A DNA stretch of 64,000 bases from Candidatus Latescibacterota bacterium (GTDB taxonomy: Bacteria; Latescibacterota; UBA2968): assembly GCA_965116885.1 (NCBI GenBank), contig OZ220741.1, positions 5,120,001 to 5,184,000 of the forward strand, in the 5' to 3' direction. How positions within the stretch are numbered: position 1 is the first letter of the stretch; each line of letters starts with the position of its first letter. Positions 56,612-64,000 of the stretch are shown in pieces. A program made the position numbers and the translations under genes. The notes below the pieces were generated by a model that was not told where the DNA came from, made no database searches, and saw only the letters and a list, made by a program, of their open reading frames with translations.

Positions 56612-57640
56612 ATGCACCAGTCTCGTACACGGCGGTATCACATCAAAGGCATTTTTGCAAGTGTACTCTGTATTTTAGCTCTCTCGGCTTGTGGAAACAC
56701 ACCACCGGACATCACGGGACCGGGAGAACCCGGCGCAGAGGCAATACCGGGCGGCCCTGGACAGATCGCATATATAAAACAGAACCTGCAAACGGGCAGT
56801 TTTCATCTTCATATTGTAGATCCCGACGGGAAAAACCCGATCAATCTCAATCCCATAGACGATCTGGCTGAATATTCCGGGCAATCGTGGGCACCCGATG
56901 GCACACAACTCGCCTTTGCCTCGAACCGCAGCGGCAATGCCAATTTCAATATTTTTGTTATGAATACCGACGGGAGCAATATCCGCAGTGTGGTAGAAGA
57001 TTCGGGAGGCGATTTTGCATCGTCCTGGTCGCCCGATGGACAAAAAATTCTCTTTCAAGCCTGGCGCAGCGATGAGACAACCTGGGATATTTATGTGGTC
57101 AACATCAACGGCTCTGACGAAAAGGTGCTGATCAATACAGATATGGAAGAGCAACTGCCCGTCTGGTCGCCCGATGGCACCAAATTTGCCTATCAGGCTG
57201 GACACCGCGGTCAGGGAATCGATATCTACGTCGCCAATGTCGATGGTACAGGCGCAATGCGTTTGACAGATGGCAATGGCACCTTGCATGCTGCACCTGC
57301 CTGGTCCCCCGATGGAACGCAGATTGCCTTCGCTTCCAATCGCCACCAACCCCCGCCAACAGGCACGAGAACACCCCTGGCACAGTACGAGATTTATGTG
57401 ATGAATCGAGACGGTTCAAATATGCGTCGTATCACTTCTTCCGAACCCCTCGAAGCATTGCACCAGCCAACCTGGTCACCCGATGGAAAACAAATTGCAT
57501 TTGAATCTCACACTTATGCAACAGAGCTAATCTCGGGATTTTCGACCGTTAAGGTCATGAACGCAGATGGATCCAATTTGTACTCCATACCCAACCTTCC
57601 CATTGGCGCGCGCTTCCCGCGCTGGTCACCTGTCCCTTAA
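56612..57640 (+). CDS. TolB-like PD40 beta-propeller lipoprotein
   Basis: Lipobox LSAC; repeated WSPDG..IAF / IYVMN.DGS units. Confidence 0.88.
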   Translation: MHQSRTRRYHIKGIFASVLCILALSACGNTPPDITGPGEPGAEAIPGGPGQIAYIKQNLQTGSFHLHIVDPDGKNPINLNPIDDLAEYSGQSWAPDGTQLAFASNRSGNANFNIFVMNTDGSNIRSVVEDSGGDFASSWSPDGQKILFQAWRSDETTWDIYVVNINGSDEKVLINTDMEEQLPVWSPDGTKFAYQAGHRGQGIDIYVANVDGTGAMRLTDGNGTLHAAPAWSPDGTQIAFASNRHQPPPTGTRTPLAQYEIYVMNRDGSNMRRITSSEPLEALHQPTWSPDGKQIAFESHTYATELISGFSTVKVMNADGSNLYSIPNLPIGARFPRWSPVP

Positions 57641-57671
57641 ACACACACCCAGGTCGTGAATCAACCACCTG

Positions 57672-57701
57672 AAAGTCTCAGATTTTATCTGAGACTTTTT
57701 T
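57672..57701 (+). terminator. Intrinsic terminator
   Basis: AAAGTCTCAGA-TTTTA-TCTGAGACTTT plus T-tract. Confidence 0.7.
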
Positions 57702-57780
57702 GTTTGACTTCGTCGCTTTTGTCCAATTAATTGTTCGCGGCGGGTATATGGTATTGCGAACCACTTGTCAGGAGATGCGT

Positions 57781-58500
57781 ATGAGACGGCCAACAGATAC
57801 TGAACGGCAGGAATGGGAAGACAACGGCGTGTTGTTTTTAGAAAATGCAATTGTTGGAGAAGACCTCGCGCGGTTACAGGCGACATTTGACCGATGCGCC
57901 GCCGAGGCCAGGCGCGAATGGTTGGAGGGAATTGCAAAAGGCACGCGTCCCGCTGCCCATTTTGATATTCCAAAACCATTGGAAAAGGACGACGTGTTTA
58001 TCGACCTGATCGATTATCCGGGTTGGTACGGATTTTTGATGGATTTTGCCGATGAAGATCTGATTCTGCTCGCACCGCAAGTGCGAACCCTTCCAATATC
58101 ACCCATCAGTTATGTGGGCTGGCATCCAGATGTACCGCATACGACACCGCTCCACATGAAGGTACAGATCTATATCGAGGATGTCCCGGCCGATGGCGGA
58201 GCATTTGGGTATGTGCCGGGCAGTCATAAACCCGACGCCGGGCCGTGTCCTCTGGTTCGTCCACTCGATTCAATGCCGGGGCACAAAGTGTATCCGGGCA
58301 GAGCGGGCGATGCGGTATTATTCAATTCTTATGGGTGGCATACCTCAATGGTCAACCGCACGTTAAAGCCGCGCAAATCGATTATCCTCATCTACGAAAA
58401 GTGGAGTAAAGATCGCATATCGACCAAACATTTTGCAACCATTGCAGATAAATGCACAACGCCAGACCGCAGGCGGTTGTTCAGTCTTGATGAGAGATGA
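57781..58500 (+). CDS. PhyH-family dioxygenase
   Basis: WHPD, QIYIEDV..GGAFGYVPGSHK, AGDAVLFN..WH. Confidence 0.85.
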   Translation: MRRPTDTERQEWEDNGVLFLENAIVGEDLARLQATFDRCAAEARREWLEGIAKGTRPAAHFDIPKPLEKDDVFIDLIDYPGWYGFLMDFADEDLILLAPQVRTLPISPISYVGWHPDVPHTTPLHMKVQIYIEDVPADGGAFGYVPGSHKPDAGPCPLVRPLDSMPGHKVYPGRAGDAVLFNSYGWHTSMVNRTLKPRKSIILIYEKWSKDRISTKHFATIADKCTTPDRRRLFSLDER

Positions 58501-58504
58501 TAGT

Positions 58505-59407
58505 ATGCCAATTATTGATTCGCACCTGCATGTATTTGAAAAACTATCTGAAGATTTTCCCCGCGAGGTAAATGCCCAGTGTCCAGCAGACAGGGCAGAG
58601 ACCGCGGAAAAATTGCTGGAGGTCATGGCGGCCAATGGGGTCGATCAAGCAGTATTGACGCAGATTGGCGGTGAACAATTGCCGCACCACCAGTATTTGC
58701 AGCATTGTTTGAAGACCTACCCCAATCGCTTCCGGGGAATTGGCTTGATTCCTCGGGATGAATGGGACGCACCGGAAGATCACATGGACCGGTTGGCTGA
58801 GAACGGAGATATTATCGGATTCAGGATTAACGAAATTGGCGGGCCTGCCGATCCCCTCTCCCATATGGATGTACGGACATTTACTTCGTATCGCATCTGG
58901 AAACACGCGGCAAAAAAAGACTATGTGATGTGGCTGTATATTCGGGCAAAAGACGCGCATCAAGTCGCCTTTATGGTTCGGGCATTTCCCGAAATTCGCG
59001 CCGTGTTTAACCATCTGATGATCTGTCCAGGCGAGGGGATGTTTTCGTGGGATGACGAAGGCCGCCCGCACATCAATACCCCCATACCGCCGCTGACGCG
59101 CTACTCAATGCTGGGCTTGCACGAATACCCAAATATCTGCGTACATCTATCGGGGCAATATGCATTTAGCCAGGAGGCATGGCCCTATCGCGACCTGGAG
59201 AGTTGGCACAAAACACTGCTTTCCAAGTTCGGCGCAGACAAATTGATGTGGGCGACGGATTTTCCCTGGATTTTGGAAGATCCGGGGTATGATAAGCTGG
59301 TACAGGTAATCGCTGAATTGCTACCGGATTTGAACGCGCAGCAAAAAGCAAAAATTATGGGGGGAACTGCAAAACGGGTTTTGGGCTTTCCCGACGTGGC
59401 GGATTGA
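58505..59407 (+). CDS. Amidohydrolase_2 family protein (lactonase-like)
   Basis: IIDSHLH, FNHL, LSGQY, LMWATDFPW, IMGGTAKR. Confidence 0.88.
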   Translation: MPIIDSHLHVFEKLSEDFPREVNAQCPADRAETAEKLLEVMAANGVDQAVLTQIGGEQLPHHQYLQHCLKTYPNRFRGIGLIPRDEWDAPEDHMDRLAENGDIIGFRINEIGGPADPLSHMDVRTFTSYRIWKHAAKKDYVMWLYIRAKDAHQVAFMVRAFPEIRAVFNHLMICPGEGMFSWDDEGRPHINTPIPPLTRYSMLGLHEYPNICVHLSGQYAFSQEAWPYRDLESWHKTLLSKFGADKLMWATDFPWILEDPGYDKLVQVIAELLPDLNAQQKAKIMGGTAKRVLGFPDVAD

Positions 59408-61439
59408 CCCTTTTGAAATTGACCTTGTATTGTTCGAGGGCCTTGAGCGCCTTGTTATCGGGATGGGGATATACGTCGCGGGATTTCCCAAAAAACGCGA
59501 CAGCTTCTACCCTCAGGCCCTGTTTTTGCAACAGACTTCCCCTCAAATAGTACAGCCGCGCCAGGGTTTTCTTTTTTAATGCCTCGTGTTTGAGCGTCTC
59601 CGCTCTGTCTAACCACGCCGAGACTTGTTCCCAGTGCGAGCTATTCCCATTCTCTATCAGTGTGTCGGCCATGCCGAGGAGACAGGCATAGCTACTCTCT
59701 GCGAGGCGGAACAATTCCCGCATTGAGTCGAGAAATCCCTGATCGCCCGAAAAATAAATCAAACCCAAATATCGCCCGTACTGGGACAACAACCCGTTTC
59801 GCCGCACGCGTTCCCAGCGATCAATGGGTTGCAGATGTATCAGATAGGTAAAATACTCCTCGCCGCGCGGATGGCGTTTTATTTCTATGGTACCCGGCTC
59901 ACTATCTTTAACTGCCTCCATGAGAAAACCATAGATCCGTCCCTGGCGGTTGGGAAAAATGTCGTAATCCATAGGAAAAAAGAGGGCGCGTTCTGTCGAA
60001 TCGGTGAATTGTTCCAAAACCTCCTTCTTCTTTTTTTTTGGTAAAAATGGATCGTAGAGGCGTTTGCCATATACGAGTCCCTGAAGATTGTACAACGCCA
60101 CATCTGGACGGCGGTTCTCGATGTATTGATAATAGCCCATCGGCCCGGTGGCATCGCCGAATACAAACAGGACCGCGTCCTCCGGCAAAATATCCAATTG
60201 CATGTCCGCATAGTGCTCGGCAAAGTCGCTATCGGATCGATCATTGGCCCGCCAGTGTTCGTGCACCGACCACGCAACCATCGCCGTGCCCACCAGTGCT
60301 GCCATACCAATTTTGAGTCTCGGCCTCTGGGCAAATTTGGGAGGCAACCGTTCTGTCAACCAGTCAATCACAACATGCAATCCAATACTCAGCCACAGAG
60401 CCGCTATGCCGTAACAAAGCAGAGAATATGGCCGAAAAATCGCGCCCCAGAAAAAGTCAAAATCGAAACCCAGCAGGGCGATCAGCACAATGCTATTGCC
60501 CAAAAACACCAGCAATCCCGAACCCGCTTTTGCGATCTGCCGTCGCTGAAACAGAACGATCAGACCGAACACGGCGAGTGCAAATCCCGGCAGCGTCAAT
60601 TGCCACAAAAATTCGTTGCCCAGCCATTGCATGAACCCGAATCGGTCACTCCACCCCGCGCTGGGGCTGGCATCTATATGGGCATAGCCCTGCCGGCTAA
60701 AATAATGCCAAAATTCTTTCAGAGTATCGAGAGAGCCGTAAAAATTGATCAGGGGATCATGATGCGACCGCCAGACCATCCATGCATAAGGCAATGCCGC
60801 ACACGGCAGGGAAACTCCAAAAAGTAGCGGCAGTTTCCGATACAAGGTGCGCCAGGCGGGAAAGACCAATATCATCAAACCCGGCGTTGAAAGCACCATC
60901 AGCGGCCAGTGGTTGGTCAGGCTCAATCCATAAACGACAGCTGCGGCAACCCAGATCCCGGTGCGGTGCGGCTGGCGAACGCCGTATAAAAGCAACGCAT
61001 AGAGACCAAAAAAGAACAGTGCATTGAGCGTATAAACCTCGGCGATAATAGCCTGAGACCAGAAATGCTCAGAAGCGGCAAACAGCCAGGCGGCAGTCCT
61101 GGCTGGTGTTGGCGATGCGCCCAACAAACGGGCACATACATAAACGCAGCCGCAGGTAAGCGCGCCCAATACCGCACTGGACAAATGGCCGAGGAAAGCA
61201 ACACTACCAAAGGGCAATTGCGTAAACAGATAGACAATAAGGGTATAGAGCGGATAGCCCGGCGGATGTGCCACTCCGAGATGCGCTCCAGCCATGAGAA
61301 ACAAGCCGTCATCTTCCAAAACAACAGTGCGCGGCATAGTAAGCACATAAAGCACGAGAGGGCCAATAACCGATGCGACCAGTGCGATCCCATCGCGCAA
61401 GGGCTTAAATGCTTCAATTTGGGCATCCACGCGATTCAT
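59355..61439 (-). CDS. DUF2723 / TMEM260-like GT-C membrane glycosyltransferase
   Basis: EDDGLF...LGVAHPPGYPLY, FWSQAIIAEVYTLN, GLSLTNH; multiple TMs; C-terminal TPR-like helices. Confidence 0.82.
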   Translation of the reverse strand: MNRVDAQIEAFKPLRDGIALVASVIGPLVLYVLTMPRTVVLEDDGLFLMAGAHLGVAHPPGYPLYTLIVYLFTQLPFGSVAFLGHLSSAVLGALTCGCVYVCARLLGASPTPARTAAWLFAASEHFWSQAIIAEVYTLNALFFFGLYALLLYGVRQPHRTGIWVAAAVVYGLSLTNHWPLMVLSTPGLMILVFPAWRTLYRKLPLLFGVSLPCAALPYAWMVWRSHHDPLINFYGSLDTLKEFWHYFSRQGYAHIDASPSAGWSDRFGFMQWLGNEFLWQLTLPGFALAVFGLIVLFQRRQIAKAGSGLLVFLGNSIVLIALLGFDFDFFWGAIFRPYSLLCYGIAALWLSIGLHVVIDWLTERLPPKFAQRPRLKIGMAALVGTAMVAWSVHEHWRANDRSDSDFAEHYADMQLDILPEDAVLFVFGDATGPMGYYQYIENRRPDVALYNLQGLVYGKRLYDPFLPKKKKKEVLEQFTDSTERALFFPMDYDIFPNRQGRIYGFLMEAVKDSEPGTIEIKRHPRGEEYFTYLIHLQPIDRWERVRRNGLLSQYGRYLGLIYFSGDQGFLDSMRELFRLAESSYACLLGMADTLIENGNSSHWEQVSAWLDRAETLKHEALKKKTLARLYYLRGSLLQKQGLRVEAVAFFGKSRDVYPHPDNKALKALEQYKVNFKRVNPPRRESPKPVLQFPP

Positions 61440-61858
61440 TGTGTACCGTCCTCCTTTTCTCCTAATCGCCCGTCTGTCACCTCGCGAAACGTCCAGAGAG
61501 AATTAATGAAATAGTTAAATAATGTGGCCGGGGCAATCGCGCACCCCTGCAAAATGACCGATTGCACCGCTGGAAAAAGGAAGGAAAGCAAGACAAATGT
61601 GCCATAACTCAGCATGAGCGTCACCAGTGAAACGAGATTATACTTTAAACCCCGAACGCGCTTTTTCCCCTCCAGTGCGCGATCGCGGAAGGTCCAGTAG
61701 TTATTGAGCAGAAAATTTGAGATAATCGACAGCTCAATGGCAATTGGTGATGCCAGCAACTTATGCACACCGAGATTGAGCAAGAATTGAAACGAACCGA
61801 GATTGACAAATACCCCCGATAACCCCGTGAGGGCAAATTTGATAAATGTGCGAGACAT
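61436..61858 (-). CDS. GtrA-family protein
   Basis: FIKFALTGLSG..VNL, NFLLNNYWTF, NYFINSLWTF; four TMs; stop overlaps DUF2723 start. Confidence 0.9.
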   Translation of the reverse strand: MSRTFIKFALTGLSGVFVNLGSFQFLLNLGVHKLLASPIAIELSIISNFLLNNYWTFRDRALEGKKRVRGLKYNLVSLVTLMLSYGTFVLLSFLFPAVQSVILQGCAIAPATLFNYFINSLWTFREVTDGRLGEKEDGTQ

Positions 61859-61982
61859 AAATTTTCCGATAAATTAGATTTTCAACTGATCAAAGTAACA
61901 ACGCACCTTTGAGAAATCAAGCGCGAAACTCCCAAAAATCTTCTCTCGCATTTACCAGAATACACAGACAACTTGATACGGT

Positions 61983-62876
61983 TTGCCAATAGTGAAACGA
62001 ATCGCTAAAATTTTGCTCCTCTCTATATTGTTGTTTACTGCACTGTGTGTTGTGCTATCCATCTGGAGGAAACCGATGCCCGATCATCCTTTCATCAAAA
62101 AAAACGCGGGTGTTGAAGTGATTGCACACCGGGGGGGATGGCGATTGTGGCCCGAAAATACGCTATATGCTTTTCAACACGCGGTAGATCTCGGCGTGGA
62201 TATGCTGGAAATGGATATTCGCAGTACAAAAGACGGCCATATCGTGGTCTTTCACGATGAGACCGTAACGCGCACGACCAATGGCAACGCGCGCGTAAAT
62301 GATTTGACACTTGCAGAATTGAAACAGTTAGATGCTGGGTACAAATGGTCGGCAGATAACGGCACGACTTTCCCCTTTCGCGGAAAAGGAATAGTAGCCC
62401 CCACGCTGGATGAAGTCTTTGCGTCTTTTCCGCACATGCGAATGACCATTGAAATCAAACAGAAAGAGCCAGATATTGTTACAGCATTTGGCGACCTGAT
62501 TCGCCACCATGGAATGCAGCACCGCGTACTGGTCGCGTGTTTTGACACCGGGACATTGAAGCGTTTTCGCAAACAGTTTCCCGAAGTTGCGACATCGCCG
62601 GGAATGACGGAAGGAATGATCTTTTACGCCCTGTGCTGGTTGCATTTGAGCGCGGTTTATCAGCCCGATGTCGAAGTATTGCAGTTCCCACTAAAAATGG
62701 GACCGATAAATGGCAACCATCCACGCCTTTTATCAGGGGCACGCAAAAACAATATACAAGTACAAATATGGACTGTAGATGACGAATCGAAAATGCGAAT
62801 GCTAATTGAAAATGGTGTAAATGGCATCATCACCCGCTGGCCAGATCGCCTACTAAAAATACTGGGGCGAGAATAG
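61983..62876 (+). CDS. Glycerophosphodiester phosphodiesterase
   Basis: IAHRGG..PENT, LEMDIRSTKDG..VVFHD, IEIK, WTVD, GIIT. Confidence 0.92.
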   Translation: MPIVKRIAKILLLSILLFTALCVVLSIWRKPMPDHPFIKKNAGVEVIAHRGGWRLWPENTLYAFQHAVDLGVDMLEMDIRSTKDGHIVVFHDETVTRTTNGNARVNDLTLAELKQLDAGYKWSADNGTTFPFRGKGIVAPTLDEVFASFPHMRMTIEIKQKEPDIVTAFGDLIRHHGMQHRVLVACFDTGTLKRFRKQFPEVATSPGMTEGMIFYALCWLHLSAVYQPDVEVLQFPLKMGPINGNHPRLLSGARKNNIQVQIWTVDDESKMRMLIENGVNGIITRWPDRLLKILGRE

Positions 62877-62901
62877 GTCTTTCACAAACGGAACAAATAC
62901 C

Positions 62902-64000
62902 ATGTCTGAACAAATCAACTTGCTTTTTATATTAACGGACGATCAGGGCTATTGGGCGATGGGATGTGCGGGCAATTCGGAAATTCGCACACCAAATTTG
63001 GATCGACTGGCTGCAACGGGATTGCGCTTTGAGAATTTCTTTTGCGCATCGCCGGTCTGCTCGCCGGCTCGGGCTTCCATTTTAACGGGCCGCATTCCAT
63101 CGCAACACGGCGTACAGGATTTTTTGCGGGCAGGCAATTCAAATATCTACGGCGCGGATGATCGAGCTATCGAATATCTATCGGGACAAACCGCATATAC
63201 AGATATCCTATCTGAACGGGGTTATACGTGCGGTTTAAGTGGCAAATGGCATCTGGGCTATTCGGAAAAACCGCAGAAAAGTTTTGCGTTTTGGGATGTT
63301 CACGCAAGTGGCGCGGGACCGTATTACAATCCCCCGATGATTCGCGATGGCAAAGCGTATCAAACATCGGATTATGTGAGCGATCTGATTACAAATAATG
63401 CACTGGACTTTTTGGAAAATGCAAATCAACCGTTCTGTTTGAACGTTCACTACACAGCGCCTCATGCGCCCTGGGGGCGCGAACACCATCCACCCGAATT
63501 ATTCGAAGATTATTATCAAAACTGTCCTTTTGAATCAACCCCAGACGAACCCATGCACCCTCAGCAGCTATCAAAGACGGGGTCATCGGGTTCTTTGGGA
63601 TTTACAAAAGAAGAACGCAGAGAAACGCTTAGCGGATATTTTGCTGCAATGACCGCAATGGACACCAACGTGGGCAGATTGCTGGATTGGCTGGAAGCCA
63701 ATGGACTGCGAGAAAATACACTCATCGCATTTACAAGCGACAACGGGATGAACATGGGGCATCACGGGATTTACGGCAAAGGCAATGGAACATATCCGCC
63801 GAATATGTTCGACACCTCGGTGAAAGTCCCCATGCTCTTTTCGCATCCAGGTCGCGTTCCCGAAGGCAAAGTTATTTCCTCACTGCACAGCCATTACGAC
63901 ATCATGCCGACCTTGCTGGACTATCTCAAAGTAGAAAATCTCGACTCCGATTCCCTCCCCGGACGCAGCTTTTCCGCATTGCTCGAAGGACGTGATTTAA
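62902..64000 (+). CDS. Sulfatase, truncated at window end; paralog of 53011..54390
   Basis: Hand translation from ATG 62902: MSEQINLLFILTDDQGYW..EIRTPNLDRLA..PVCSPARASILTGRIPSQHGV..GKWHLG..FTSDNG; open to window end. Confidence 0.9.
   Translation, partial: MSEQINLLFILTDDQGYWAMGCAGNSEIRTPNLDRLAATGLRFENFFCASPVCSPARASILTGRIPSQHGVQDFLRAGNSNIYGADDRAIEYLSGQTAYTDILSERGYTCGLSGKWHLGYSEKPQKSFAFWDVHASGAGPYYNPPMIRDGKAYQTSDYVSDLITNNALDFLENANQPFCLNVHYTAPHAPWGREHHPPELFEDYYQNCPFESTPDEPMHPQQLSKTGSSGSLGFTKEERRETLSGYFAAMTAMDTNVGRLLDWLEANGLRENTLIAFTSDNGMNMGHHGIYGKGNGTYPPNMFDTSVKVPMLFSHPGRVPEGKVISSLHSHYDIMPTLLDYLKVENLDSDSLPGRSFSALLEGRDL

Noticed and set aside
56860..57630. Recurring TGGTCGCCCGATGG-like sequences as a DNA repeat or CRISPR array
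   Set aside because: They encode the WSPDG repeats of the PD40 propeller and vary at synonymous positions.
1..64000. CRISPR-Cas, transposases, integrases, reverse transcriptases, restriction-modification or known defence systems
   Set aside because: No diagnostic motifs or repeat-spacer arrays recognised by eye; an HMM scan such as DefenseFinder or PADLOC is needed to exclude divergent members.

Overview
A 64-kb chromosomal segment from a diderm bacterium. Several PhyH dioxygenases, sulfatases, a GWxTD protein, a DUF6785-like transporter and a sigma70 lacking region 1.1 suggest an FCB-superphylum organism such as Latescibacterota or Gemmatimonadota; this is inference only. Positions ~4.4-26.1 kb are a housekeeping block: tsaD, ftsK, lolA, prfB (+1 frameshift), lysS, lolD, clpC, bamA, skp, fabZ, ABC-F, pyrF, rnpB, rnhA, a DUF164 zinc-ribbon gene and tRNA-Val(CAC). 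lolC/E and lpxD/lpxC/lpxA are missing from their usual positions. The rest is accessory: catabolic enzymes, modBC, a PIN-type TA-like pair, RND and MacB-type transporters, and a GtrA + DUF2723 glycosylation pair. The most interesting candidates are: (i) a phage-free two-gene operon with a putative Rad52/RecT-like single-strand annealing protein; (ii) a ~750-nt structured region with several promoters and micro-ORFs upstream of an ECF sigma factor with no obvious anti-sigma; (iii) an RpoD-family sigma factor with a perfect GAAC-N4-GTTC (LexA-type) box in its promoter spacer; (iv) the missing lipid A genes. No CRISPR array, integrase, transposase or prophage was seen. All family assignments come from motif recognition by eye, not from database searches.
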